A DNA stretch of 64,000 nucleotides from an uncultured delta proteobacterium (GTDB lineage: Bacteria > Myxococcota_A > Polyangia > Polyangiales > Polyangiaceae): assembly GCA_963850305.1 (NCBI GenBank), contig CAWKKR010000007.1, positions 896,001 to 960,000 of the forward strand. The letters are read 5' to 3'. Each line of letters begins with the position of its first letter. The stretch's first letter is position 1. Shown here in pieces: positions 1 through 9,160 of the stretch. The notes under the pieces are model-generated. The model worked only from the letters and a program-made list of their open reading frames with translations. It was not told where the DNA came from and did no database searches. Position numbers and translations under genes: made by a program.

Positions 1-1
1 C

Positions 2-205
2 CACGCGGACGACTATCAGCCATCGAACATCACGTTCTCGCACTTGCCGCCGCTCGAGGGAATGCGTCTGAAGAAGCGCGCGCGCTACGAGGCGCTCGCC
101 GAGCGTGCCCTCGATGATCTCGGGGCGTGGATGCGAGACGCACGCGCAGCAATTCCTGCCGAAGATCGGGCGCGCGGGCGCGTCGCGATGACCGCGGGGC
201 CGTGA
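2..205 (+). CDS. trmFO: 3' end of tRNA (uracil-5-)-methyltransferase TrmFO (partial, starts before the window)
   Basis: Frame 2 reads ...[37 protein letters not shown]..., matching the TrmFO/Gid C-terminal (F/Y)QPxN(I/V)xF-xx-PPL...RAL signature; TGA at 203-205. Not in the ORF track. Confidence 0.75.
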   Translation, partial: HADDYQPSNITFSHLPPLEGMRLKKRARYEALAERALDDLGAWMRDARAAIPAEDRARGRVAMTAGP

Positions 206-234
206 ACGCGCGCACGGGCGTGATGGGTGCATCG

Positions 235-1461
235 TCAGAGAAGCTCCGCGATCGTTCCGTCCGCGAGCAGCCACGCCGAGTGAGGGATCCGGAGGCGCGT
301 ACCGTCACGGACGAGGCGGCCGCGCGCGACGAGTCGTTCCGCAGCGCGGACACGCGCCGGAGGCCAGGGATCTACGCCGATGGCGCTCGCCGTCGCTTCC
401 AGGTCGAACCCCTCCGAGAGCCGTAACCCGAGCATCAAGCGCTCGGCGAGGTCCGTCTCCGGCGTGAGGGTTTCGAGATCCGAGACGAGCTCTCCGGCGC
501 CCGCGCGCCCGAGATCCGCTGACCGCCATGCCCCGATCGAGCCCAGATAACGTTCGGGTACGGGCGTGTTTCGGTAGCGTACGCGCGAGCCGTTCAGCGT
601 CACCGTGCCCCAGGCGCCGCACCCCAGACCGAGGTAGTCGTCGCCCCGCCAATATCCGAGATTGTGACGGGCAACGTGACCGTCTCGCGCGTAGTTGCTC
701 ACCTCGTAGTGCGCAAATCGGCTCTTCGTCAGCGCCTCGTGCACAGCCACGAAAGAGTCCGCGACGGCATCTTCCGTAAGGAGCGGTAGGCGTCCTTTCC
801 GGGCGAGCGCACCGAACTGGGTGCCCGGCTCGACCGTGAGTGCGTAAGCACTCAGATGCGTGACGCCCAGGTTCGCTACGGTGAGCACCTCGCGCGCCGC
901 ATCTTCGGGTGACTCTCCCGCTACCCCGAAGATCAGGTCCGCCGATACCCGGGGAACACCCGCCGACAGCGCCGCTTCCACCGCGGCAAGGCCGCCTTTT
1001 TCATCATGCAAGCGTCCGAGAAAACGAAGACGATCGGGGTCGAGGCTTTGCACGCCTATGCTCACGCGGTTCACCCCGACGTCGAGAAGTGCGCGAGCGC
1101 AATCGGCGTCGAAACTCGATGGATTGCACTCCACGGTCACCTCTGGGGCGGCGCGGGACGGGAACGCCGCGAGAATCGCCCCGAGTACTCGACCGAGTGC
1201 GGCCGGGCTCCAGAGCGACGGCGTACCCCCGCCGAAAAAGACCGTCTCGAGGGCGACTCCCTCGACTTCTGCTGCGCGGCGATTCAGTTCGGAAACGACC
1301 GCATCCGCGTACCGAGCATGGTGGATGGCGTCCCGCGGGGACGCGACGCTGAGAAAGTCGCAGTAGCCACACTTCTGCAAACACCACGGGAAATGCACGT
1401 AGACGCCCATCTTCCGGTGCGTCGGCCGCTTCGCGCCTTCCGTCGATGTTGCCGCTGCCAT
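235..1461 (-). CDS. hemW: Radical SAM heme chaperone HemW (HemN-like)
   Basis: YVHFPWCLQKCGYCDF (CxxxCxxC), FGGGTPS, HLSAYALTVEPGT, YEVSNY, HNLGYW, YLGLGCGA. Start placed at ATG 1461; 1410 is an alternative. Confidence 0.92.
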   Translation of the reverse strand: MAAATSTEGAKRPTHRKMGVYVHFPWCLQKCGYCDFLSVASPRDAIHHARYADAVVSELNRRAAEVEGVALETVFFGGGTPSLWSPAALGRVLGAILAAFPSRAAPEVTVECNPSSFDADCARALLDVGVNRVSIGVQSLDPDRLRFLGRLHDEKGGLAAVEAALSAGVPRVSADLIFGVAGESPEDAAREVLTVANLGVTHLSAYALTVEPGTQFGALARKGRLPLLTEDAVADSFVAVHEALTKSRFAHYEVSNYARDGHVARHNLGYWRGDDYLGLGCGAWGTVTLNGSRVRYRNTPVPERYLGSIGAWRSADLGRAGAGELVSDLETLTPETDLAERLMLGLRLSEGFDLEATASAIGVDPWPPARVRAAERLVARGRLVRDGTRLRIPHSAWLLADGTIAELL

Positions 1462-1482
1462 GGGGGGTGTTAGCTTGAAGAT

Positions 1483-1512
1483 TAGACGCGGAGAGTCCGC
1501 GTCGAGTAGAAT
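1483..1512 (+). promoter_or_regulatory. Possible sigma70-type promoter of rel
   Basis: TAGACG (1483-1488)-N18-TAGAAT (1507-1512), 11 nt before the ATG; no SD seen. Confidence 0.35.
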
Positions 1513-1523
1513 TCCCCACCCCC

Positions 1524-3740
1524 ATGCTCGCACTCGACGTGATCGTCGATCGCGTACGCAGCTACCATCCGACCGCCGACGTCGCGATCATCTCGAAAGC
1601 GTACCAGTTCTCGCAGCTGGCGCATCGAGAGCAAAAAAGGAAGAGCGGGGATCCGTACTTCACCCATCCGGCGAGCGTGGCCGGCATCATCACGGACCTG
1701 AAGCTCGATACGGCGAGCATCTGCGCTGGGCTTCTCCATGACGTCGTCGAGGATACACCTGCGACTCTCGCCGACATCGACAGAGAATTCGGGAGCGAGA
1801 TCACGACGCTGGTCGACGGCGTCACGAAGCTCAACAAGATCAATTTCACGTCCAAGGAAGACCGTCAGGCGGAGAACTTTCGCAAGATGGTCGTCGCGAT
1901 GGCGAAGGACCTCCGGGTCCTGCTCGTCAAGATCTGCGACCGGCTGGACAATATGCGAACGCTCGAACACATGAGCGTGGAGTCCCAGGAACGCATCGCC
2001 CGGGAGACGATGGAGATCTACGCGCCGCTGACGAACCGGCTCGGAATCCACTCGTTGAAGAGCGAGCTCGAGGATCTGTCTCTCCAGTATCTAGAGCCTG
2101 ACGTCTACCGGCAGATACTGAGTGGGCTCGCGGCGAGTCACAAGGAACGCGAGCGATACATCGAAGGTGTCTGCCGGACGCTGAGGCAGCATCTCGCCGA
2201 GATGGGCTTCCCGGCAGACGTGTACGGTCGAGCGAAGCACATCACCAGCATCTTCCGGAAGATGAAGGAGCAGCAATGCGATCTCGAGCGCGTCTACGAC
2301 GTGCTCGCGTTCCGGATTTGCGTGGAGTCGGTGACGGAGTGTTACGCCGCGCTCGGCTGCGTCCACTCGAAGTGGACCCCGATCCCGGGGCGATTCAAGG
2401 ACTACATCGCGCTGCCGAAGCCGAACATGTACCAGTCGCTCCACACGACGGTCATCGGACCCGGCGGCAAGCGAATCGAAGTGCAGATCCGAACGCACGA
2501 CATGCAGAGCGTCGCCGAACGCGGGGTGGCGGCACACTGGCAATACAAGGAGCGCGCCTCGGGAGTCAGTTTGCGAGACGCGCAGAAGTTTTCCTGGCTG
2601 CGCGAACTCACGGCGTTCCAGAAAGATCTCAAGGACCCGGCCGAATTTCTCGAGAGCGTGAAGATCGACTTGTTTCCCGACGAGGTCTACGTGTTCACGC
2701 CGAAGGGCGAAGTCCGGGTTCTTCCGCGAGGCTCGACGCCGATCGATTTTGCCTTCAGCATTCACTCCGACGTCGGGGCGACGTGCTGCGGGGCGCGCGC
2801 GAACGGACAGATCGTGCCGCTCCGGTACAAGCTCCGGAACGGCGACGTGATCGAGGTGATGACTGCGAATGCCCAGCACCCCACGAAGGACTGGCTCGAT
2901 TTTTCGATCACCTCGCGGGCGAGAAATAGAATCCGGAGCTATCTGCGTACCGAGCAGCGCGAGAAGAGCGTGAACCTCGGACGAGAACTCCTCGAAGCAG
3001 AGATGCATCGCGCAGGAATGAGCCTGGCGAAGCTGACGAAGAACGAGCGCGAGCTCAAGCGGGTGCTCGAGGCGCAACACCTGGGTTCGTTCGATGAACT
3101 CCTCCTCACCGTTGGGTACGGCAAGGTCCAGGCCGAGGACATCGTGCAGGTGGTTCGCGGTACGCCGTGGGGCGGCCGCGAGAGCGAGGCGCCGCGCCCG
3201 GAACTTCGGCCGAGTCCCATCGAACGGATCGTGCGGAAGGTGCGCGGCCGCGATCACGGGGGTATCACCGTCAACGGTGTGGACGACGTGCTGGTACGGT
3301 ACGCGCGATGCTGCAACCCGCTTCCCGGCGACGCGATCATCGGATTCATCACGCGAGGCAGGGGAGTCACCGTGCACCGGCGCGAGTGCCAGAAGGCGTT
3401 CGACACCGACCCCGAGCGCCGCGTGGAAGTGAGCTGGGAGACGGACTCGAAGATCAATCGGCCGGTTCAGCTCAAAGTGACGACCTTGAACAAGCCCGGC
3501 ATCCTGGCGAATGTGAGTCAGGCCTTCAGCGCGCAGAAGATCAACATCAGTGAAGCCAACTGCCGCGCGGGGGACGACGGTCGCGCCTGCAACATTTTCA
3601 CGTTCCCGTGCGCCGATCTCGCCCAGTTGAAGAGCGTGATGCGCGCGTTGACGAAGGTGAAGGGGGTCGTGGAGGTCGAACGTACCTGGGCCGCGGGCGG
3701 CGCGAGCACCTCGAGCGCCTCGAGCGCGCCGAGCCGTTGA
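1524..3740 (+). CDS. rel: Bifunctional (p)ppGpp synthetase/hydrolase (long RSH: HD, synthetase, TGS, ACT)
   Basis: RKSGDPYFTHP, LLHDVVED (intact HD), DRLDNMRTL, RFKDYIALPKPNMYQSLHT, EVQIRT, AAHWQYKE, TGS VYVFTPKG..DFAFSIH, RCCNPLPGD, C-terminal ACT. Confidence 0.96.
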   Translation: MLALDVIVDRVRSYHPTADVAIISKAYQFSQLAHREQKRKSGDPYFTHPASVAGIITDLKLDTASICAGLLHDVVEDTPATLADIDREFGSEITTLVDGVTKLNKINFTSKEDRQAENFRKMVVAMAKDLRVLLVKICDRLDNMRTLEHMSVESQERIARETMEIYAPLTNRLGIHSLKSELEDLSLQYLEPDVYRQILSGLAASHKERERYIEGVCRTLRQHLAEMGFPADVYGRAKHITSIFRKMKEQQCDLERVYDVLAFRICVESVTECYAALGCVHSKWTPIPGRFKDYIALPKPNMYQSLHTTVIGPGGKRIEVQIRTHDMQSVAERGVAAHWQYKERASGVSLRDAQKFSWLRELTAFQKDLKDPAEFLESVKIDLFPDEVYVFTPKGEVRVLPRGSTPIDFAFSIHSDVGATCCGARANGQIVPLRYKLRNGDVIEVMTANAQHPTKDWLDFSITSRARNRIRSYLRTEQREKSVNLGRELLEAEMHRAGMSLAKLTKNERELKRVLEAQHLGSFDELLLTVGYGKVQAEDIVQVVRGTPWGGRESEAPRPELRPSPIERIVRKVRGRDHGGITVNGVDDVLVRYARCCNPLPGDAIIGFITRGRGVTVHRRECQKAFDTDPERRVEVSWETDSKINRPVQLKVTTLNKPGILANVSQAFSAQKINISEANCRAGDDGRACNIFTFPCADLAQLKSVMRALTKVKGVVEVERTWAAGGASTSSASSAPSR

Positions 3741-3778
3741 AAGGGAGCGGACTGCCTGCACATTCGGGCCCGATTGGC

Positions 3779-3807
3779 TTGACAGAGGCGCGGACGCTCA
3801 GTAGACC
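3779..3807 (+). promoter_or_regulatory. Promoter of tRNA-Gly
   Basis: Perfect TTGACA (3779-3784)-N17-TAGACC (3802-3807), 11 nt upstream of the tRNA. Confidence 0.5.
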
Positions 3808-3817
3808 GAGCGTCCAC

Positions 3818-3890
<73 letters not shown>

Positions 3891-4107
3891 CGGCCCCAAA
3901 AGGGAAGAAAAACCGGGAGCCGGAACCGAGCGATCCTCGTTCCGGCCGCCTCATTTCATGTCCGGTTGGGAGCGCGAAATTCTTGAAAAACGAGTCGTGT
4001 GGCGGGGTGGGTGAGCACGGCACTTCCAGTCGGATCGAGCATCGAGTTGAATCGTAAGAACGGCGCACCCCGGGGGGATACCGGGTGCCAGGGATGCGAC
4101 GACAGTC

Positions 4108-5040
4108 ATGGCTAGCGATGCAGTCAACACCATCATCGATTCGTTGAAGGAACACGACGATCTGCCGCGAAAGCAGATCGCGGAGATCGTGGAAATTCTA
4201 GGTCCGGAGACGGCGCTCGGCCTTCTCCGGGAGACGCGCCGTGTTCAAGACGAGGGCGGCGTCGAGGTTCGCGATGGTTCACGGCGGCGCACGGATGGCG
4301 GCGTGTTCTTCAGCCTCGCCAAAACCAAGCTGCCAAAAGCGGATCGGAACCGGATCTTCCGCGTGCGGCCGCCGAAGCCAGAGACGGCGGACGCGCCGGC
4401 CTCGGAAAGCAAACCCGAGGCAGGGAACGGTGTACCAGTCATCGAGCGACGGCCGCGAGGTCCGGCGCCGCCGGCCGCGCGCGAGGTTCGGGAGCCACCA
4501 CCGGGAATCGGTCGTCGGCGCGTCGTGGAGGTGGAAGTCCTGCGCCACCACTCCCCGAAGGTTACCCCGGAATCCGAGGCCGCTGTTGCTCGCGTCCAAC
4601 CGGCAAAGCATGCCGAACCGACGGAACCGACGGAACCGACGCCCGCGCACGGGATGCGACCCCTCAGACGGATCGTCACCGTCGCGCCGACCGTTCGAGA
4701 CGAGCCGCCTGCGACTGCGGAAGCGGCGAAGGAGCGCTTACGCCACATCCTGCAAGCGCTGGGCGCGGCAGATAAACGCCGCATTCTTTCCGAGTTGCTT
4801 CGCGAAGCGGGCGGGGGGCTTCCCGACCTCGAAGCGAGACGGGTCGTCGAGGCGAAGCCGGCGCCGGAGCCGAAGCGAAAGCCCGGAGTCGACAATCAGA
4901 CACGCGAACAGGTACTCGCGGCGGTCACGGATGCGCTCGGCCTGTCGAGTGCAGATCTCGCTTCCGTGCTCTACGGTGACGACTCGCGCGCGGCCCGCAA
5001 CAAGGCGCGGGGCGTCCTTCAGCGGCTCAGGAGATCCTAG
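4108..5040 (+). CDS. Protein with N-terminal PHAX-type RNA-binding domain and Pro-rich linkers
   Basis: LGPETALGLLRETRRVQDEGGVEVRDGSRRRTDGGVFFSLAK resembles the PHAX RBD core GSRRRTxGGVF; short helical segments at the C-terminus. Confidence 0.72.
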   Translation: MASDAVNTIIDSLKEHDDLPRKQIAEIVEILGPETALGLLRETRRVQDEGGVEVRDGSRRRTDGGVFFSLAKTKLPKADRNRIFRVRPPKPETADAPASESKPEAGNGVPVIERRPRGPAPPAAREVREPPPGIGRRRVVEVEVLRHHSPKVTPESEAAVARVQPAKHAEPTEPTEPTPAHGMRPLRRIVTVAPTVRDEPPATAEAAKERLRHILQALGAADKRRILSELLREAGGGLPDLEARRVVEAKPAPEPKRKPGVDNQTREQVLAAVTDALGLSSADLASVLYGDDSRAARNKARGVLQRLRRS

Positions 5041-6652
5041 AACGCCGTCGACGGCGTGTGATTGCGAGCGCGCCGGCGGCGAAGAGTAGCGGCGCGCCCG
5101 CGTCGTGCGGAGCCGCCGACCGAAATGGGAGCGAGCAGGAGCATCCTGAACTCTTCTTCGTCGCTTTCGGCGCGGTGCCGGCATCGGGCAACCCCCCGTC
5201 CAGGCTGCAGCGGTCGCCCTGCGTGAACTCCTTCTCGAAGCCTGCGTAATACGGCAAGGCGGTCGGGTCGTTCCAGAGAATGGAGCAGGCCTGGCTCATC
5301 ATCGAATTCGGTGAACACGCGGGATAAGTGACGTCGCAGATCGTCATGAGGGGCGAAAACGAATGCCCTTCGTCGGTGGAAACGCCGAGCGTGTACGCCG
5401 GGATGCCGCGCGCGGCGAAGTTGTCGTTGCCGGCGTAGAGGCGCCCGTTTGCGGTGCCGTCCGCGACCCAGTTCAACGCCCAGACGGCGCCAGAGAACAC
5501 CCTCGTGAACGCCGCCTGGCCGCGCGCGAGGGCGTCGTCGAAGTTCGCGGATTGCACGCCATCAATCGGTCCCGCGATGAGCAGCGTCTTTCCGTCAGGT
5601 GACAGCGCGAGCCCCGGCAAATCCCCGGTGCTCTGGAAGAGTGGTTTCCACGTTGCGCCGGAGTCGGTGGTCGCATAGATGGCGTCGGGAGCGTTCACGC
5701 CGAGACCCTCCGGCAGATCGAGCCACACGACGGCAATGTTCGGTCGCGTCGGATCGACGAGGACGATGCGGACCGTGCAGTCGTTGTCCTGCGGCTGGAT
5801 GGCGAACGTCGATTCGTGCCAGGTTGCACCGTCGTCGTCCGAGCGCTCGATCATGCCGGTCGTGGGATCGTTCGGTACCCCGCCCGCGGCGTAGATCGTG
5901 TTCCGGTTCGAGGGAGCACGCAGGACGCTCGCTCCGAAGAAGTGCTGCGGGAGCGAGCTGCCGACCCGAGACCATTTGTCTCCGTTGTCGAGAGAGTGCC
6001 AGATGCCGCCCGAGATTCCTGCGTCCCCGTGCCCCGTGGCCGTGATGATCAGCATCTCGGTTCCCGCGCCACCGGTTGCGCCGGCGTCCGTGATGGGACC
6101 GAGGCTCGCGTCGCTCCTGGCCTTGCCCGCGTCCAGCGCCTTCGGACGCCCCGCATCCACACCTTGGCCGGCGTCCGGTCGACCGGCGTCGAGCGGCTTG
6201 TCGAGGCCCGTCGCGAAGACGCCGCCGTCGACCGCGGGCGTCGCGCCCGGAAGTTTCATCGCCACGATTTCTTCGACGACCTGGCCGTCGAAGGCAGGGT
6301 TCGCGTGCCAGCTGCAATAGTCATCCGTGATCTGGAGACCATTGAACTGACTCGCGACGAGGACGCGCCCGCGCGCGCCGAGAATGGACACGCGGTGTTC
6401 GGCGCTCAGGGAGTTGCCTCCGTACACCTCGGCGCAGGTCCACTTCCACGACTGTCCGTCGTCCGTCGTCCGCATGAGGCCCCACACGTCCGAGCGCAGC
6501 AGAATCTGCTTCGGGTCGTCCGGTGCAAACGAGATGCTGAAGGCGCGCGGGATGCCACCGTGCGCGCTGGCGGCGAGAGCCAGCGTCCCGGCGACGGCGA
6601 ATGTTGCCATCCCGGTGCCGGCGCGGAGCCAGGTACGTCTGGAAATGCTCAC
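5027..6652 (-). CDS. Exported BNR/Asp-box beta-propeller-like protein with MYXO-CTERM-type sorting signal
   Basis: Signal peptide (SRRTWL..ALAASAH); repeated Asp-boxes (TTDDGQSW, SLDNGDKW, SDDDGATW, TTDSGATW, STDEGHSF); C-terminal SSGCSCSL, hydrophobic helix, RRRRR. Confidence 0.75.
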   Translation of the reverse strand: MSISRRTWLRAGTGMATFAVAGTLALAASAHGGIPRAFSISFAPDDPKQILLRSDVWGLMRTTDDGQSWKWTCAEVYGGNSLSAEHRVSILGARGRVLVASQFNGLQITDDYCSWHANPAFDGQVVEEIVAMKLPGATPAVDGGVFATGLDKPLDAGRPDAGQGVDAGRPKALDAGKARSDASLGPITDAGATGGAGTEMLIITATGHGDAGISGGIWHSLDNGDKWSRVGSSLPQHFFGASVLRAPSNRNTIYAAGGVPNDPTTGMIERSDDDGATWHESTFAIQPQDNDCTVRIVLVDPTRPNIAVVWLDLPEGLGVNAPDAIYATTDSGATWKPLFQSTGDLPGLALSPDGKTLLIAGPIDGVQSANFDDALARGQAAFTRVFSGAVWALNWVADGTANGRLYAGNDNFAARGIPAYTLGVSTDEGHSFSPLMTICDVTYPACSPNSMMSQACSILWNDPTALPYYAGFEKEFTQGDRCSLDGGLPDAGTAPKATKKSSGCSCSLPFRSAAPHDAGAPLLFAAGALAITRRRRRSRIS

Positions 6653-6807
6653 AAGGATTTCGGGAGGCTAGCACTGCCCCGGAGGATGGAAGGCCCGTTT
6701 TGCGGTCTCTCGCTGACGTGGCAGTCAGTCATGGGATCGGTCGGTGTCCTCTCGCGTGGATGCGCCGCGAGCGGATCATTTCACGAGCACCGAAGGCAAT
6801 CATCCGC

Positions 6808-7845
6808 TCACTTCGGTGGCTTCGTGTTTCCGATATGCAGCCCGCACTCGCGCTTGGTCGCATCCTCCCACCACCACCGACCCGCGCGCTCGTGTTCGCC
6901 GGGGAGGACGGCCCGCGAGCAAGGTTCGCAGCCGATCGAGACGAAGCCGTGCTCGTGAAGGGGATTGAACGGGACCCCGTTGTCGCGAATGAACTGCCAC
7001 GTGCGCGCCGAGGTCCACGCCGCGAGCGGATTGAACTTCACGAGCCGTCCATTCGCCCCCGAGAAGGTGCGGTCCCACTCGACGACCGCGATTGCCGAGC
7101 GCGTCGCCGGACTCTGATCGCGTCGCTGACCGGTGGCCCATGCACGCGCGTGGGCCAGCCGTCGTCGCATCGGTTCGATCTTCCGGATCTCGCAGCACTC
7201 TTCGTGTCCGTCTTCGTAGAAGCTGAATAGCCCCTTCCTTCGCACGAACGGTTCGAGCAAGGCGGGGTCCGGCGCGGTGATGTCGATGTCCGTGCCGTAG
7301 CGCTTCCGGACGGCGTCGATGAATCGATACGTCTCGGGATGCAGTCGCCCCGTGTCCAGCGAGAAGACGGAGAAGGGGAGCCCGAGCTCGGCGGCCATGT
7401 GCAGGAGCACCACGTCCTCCGCGCCGCTGAACGCAATCGCCAGGTCTTTGCCGAAGTGCTCGAGTCCGGCGCGAAGAATCTCATCCGGCGCGCGGTCGGT
7501 GAGCTCGACGGCGAAGCGCTCCACGTCGAACTCGGCTCTGCTCGCATCGAAGGAATTTCCGTCGATGGCCTTCGACGCGGAGAGGCGCTCCTTGGCGAGC
7601 TTCACGGCACTCTCGTAAACGGTCTCGCGACCATCGTCTTCGCGGACGATGAAGAACGGCGCGATGCTCACTCCGAACTTTGCTCCGAGTTTCATGCCGG
7701 GCGAGGCTGGGTCGTCTTCCAGAGCGAGGACCACTTCGTCGATGCGGTTCCACAGGTCCCGGCTCTTCAAGAAGTCTTCCGCCTGAGCACATTTGCGACA
7801 CGGCTCTCCGTTCCCCAGGCGCTTCTTGACCATCGTGACGTGCAT
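6808..7845 (-). CDS. cysH: Adenosine 5'-phosphosulfate (APS) reductase, 4Fe-4S type, with extra N-terminal CxxC domain
   Basis: [59 protein letters not shown]. The CC...CxxC set marks the cluster-binding APS reductases. Confidence 0.92.
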   Translation of the reverse strand: MHVTMVKKRLGNGEPCRKCAQAEDFLKSRDLWNRIDEVVLALEDDPASPGMKLGAKFGVSIAPFFIVREDDGRETVYESAVKLAKERLSASKAIDGNSFDASRAEFDVERFAVELTDRAPDEILRAGLEHFGKDLAIAFSGAEDVVLLHMAAELGLPFSVFSLDTGRLHPETYRFIDAVRKRYGTDIDITAPDPALLEPFVRRKGLFSFYEDGHEECCEIRKIEPMRRRLAHARAWATGQRRDQSPATRSAIAVVEWDRTFSGANGRLVKFNPLAAWTSARTWQFIRDNGVPFNPLHEHGFVSIGCEPCSRAVLPGEHERAGRWWWEDATKRECGLHIGNTKPPK

Positions 7846-8024
7846 CAGTGCTCCGGACGGGTCCCCGAATCAGGGACTTTGCTCCCGAGTTAGAGCGCAT
7901 TCTCGCGGCCGCGCAAGCCCTGCGGGCTCCCTACGCCCCAGCGACGAGCGGCCGGGCGCGCGGCGAGGCGGCAACCGTATGCCACCGGTCGGCGGATGGT
8001 GCTATGAGACCGGGTTCGAAGATC

Positions 8025-8930
8025 ATGAGCGACAAGGTCGGAGCGGACCCGGAAGAACTCGACTCCGGTTGGGAAGACGATGACGCGCCGAAAGCCGCGC
8101 CCGCTGCTCTGGCCTCGCTGCCTCCGGTCTCGGTGCCCGCAGTACCTGCTTCGCGCGCGGCGGCGTCCCCATCGATGAAGCCGTTGGCGCCGGCGAAGGC
8201 GAAAAGCATTTTCGACGTCGGGCCCAGCGCGCCGCGCGTCCCGCGTGAGGTGCCCCCAGCTCCGAAGGCGCCGGTCGTGGAGCCCCCGAAGCCCGCGGTG
8301 GTTGCGGCCGTGAAGGCATCGGTCGTGGAGCCCCCGAAGCCCGCGATTGCGCCAGCAACTCCTGCGGCTTCCCAGCCTACGGCGATCCGCCCGCAGGCGA
8401 TGGTCGCGCTCCAGGCTCTCGAGAACTCGCGACGCCCGAAGGTCCTGGACTCGCCCGAGCGCGTGCCCGCCGTCGCCGCGGCCACCCCGACTCGCGCTGA
8501 ACTGCCGCCGGAAAGGGCCGCCGCTCCGGCAAGACCGTCTCCCAAGAAGAAAGCGAAGCGCACCGCCGATCGGCGCGCGGATCGCGCAGGGCGCAAAGCC
8601 GACCGCATGGCGCGGAAGCGTGCAGCGCGGCAAGCTGCGGCCCGCAGCGCCAATCAAACTGCAAATCCCCCCAAGGGGAAGCGGCCCGCGGCGGCATCTG
8701 CGGAAAAGCCCGTCGCAGGACCGGAGGCCAAGGCCCGCAAAGCTCGGGCCCCCGCGTCGCAGCCCGAACGCGCGAAGCCCGTGCCGCGCCCCGCTCCGCG
8801 CCCAGGGTCTTCCTCCTCGCGGGAGCCCCGAACGAAAGGTGCCCGCGCCGCGATTGCGGTGTTGCTTGCCGTCGGGTTGATGCTCGGCTTCTGGCTGCTA
8901 TTTCGACTGCCCGGGCACGCGGCGCATTGA
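8025..8930 (+). CDS. Hypothetical Pro/Ala/Lys/Arg-rich protein with C-terminal membrane anchor
   Basis: MSDK..ELDSGW start, low-complexity body, C-terminal AAIAVLLAVGLMLGFWLLF. Confidence 0.6.
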   Translation: MSDKVGADPEELDSGWEDDDAPKAAPAALASLPPVSVPAVPASRAAASPSMKPLAPAKAKSIFDVGPSAPRVPREVPPAPKAPVVEPPKPAVVAAVKASVVEPPKPAIAPATPAASQPTAIRPQAMVALQALENSRRPKVLDSPERVPAVAAATPTRAELPPERAAAPARPSPKKKAKRTADRRADRAGRKADRMARKRAARQAAARSANQTANPPKGKRPAAASAEKPVAGPEAKARKARAPASQPERAKPVPRPAPRPGSSSSREPRTKGARAAIAVLLAVGLMLGFWLLFRLPGHAAH

Positions 8931-8996
8931 CCGGAAAGTGGCCCCGCGGCTCCCTCACAAGCCGCGGCGCCGGGCCGCCCGCACCCCTGGGTCGAA
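8931..8996 (-). ncRNA. Candidate sigma54-dependent small RNA (~65 nt)
   Basis: Lies just downstream of the sigma54 motif at 9005-9023 with no credible CDS; ends in hairpin CCGCGGCT/AGCCGCGG (8944-8967) followed by ACTTT. The hairpin could instead terminate the convergent 8025-8930 gene. Confidence 0.3.
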
Positions 8997-9004
8997 GCGA
9001 CGAC

Positions 9005-9023
9005 CAAGCAGGTTGCGTGCCAC
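9005..9023 (-). promoter_or_regulatory. sigma54 (-24/-12) promoter
   Basis: Minus strand GTGGCACG-CAACC-TGCTTG with exact GG-N10-GC spacing. Confidence 0.65.
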
Positions 9024-9160
9024 CGGGCTCGCGCCGGAGCGATCGGTGAATTCCGGAGAGAAACGCCGCGCGATGCCGCATGCGCTCGGGTCCCCCATCG
9101 CGTGATTTGCGGTTCCGTGAGGGACGGCCGTCGGCACAGGTGTGCCATTGAAATCACACT

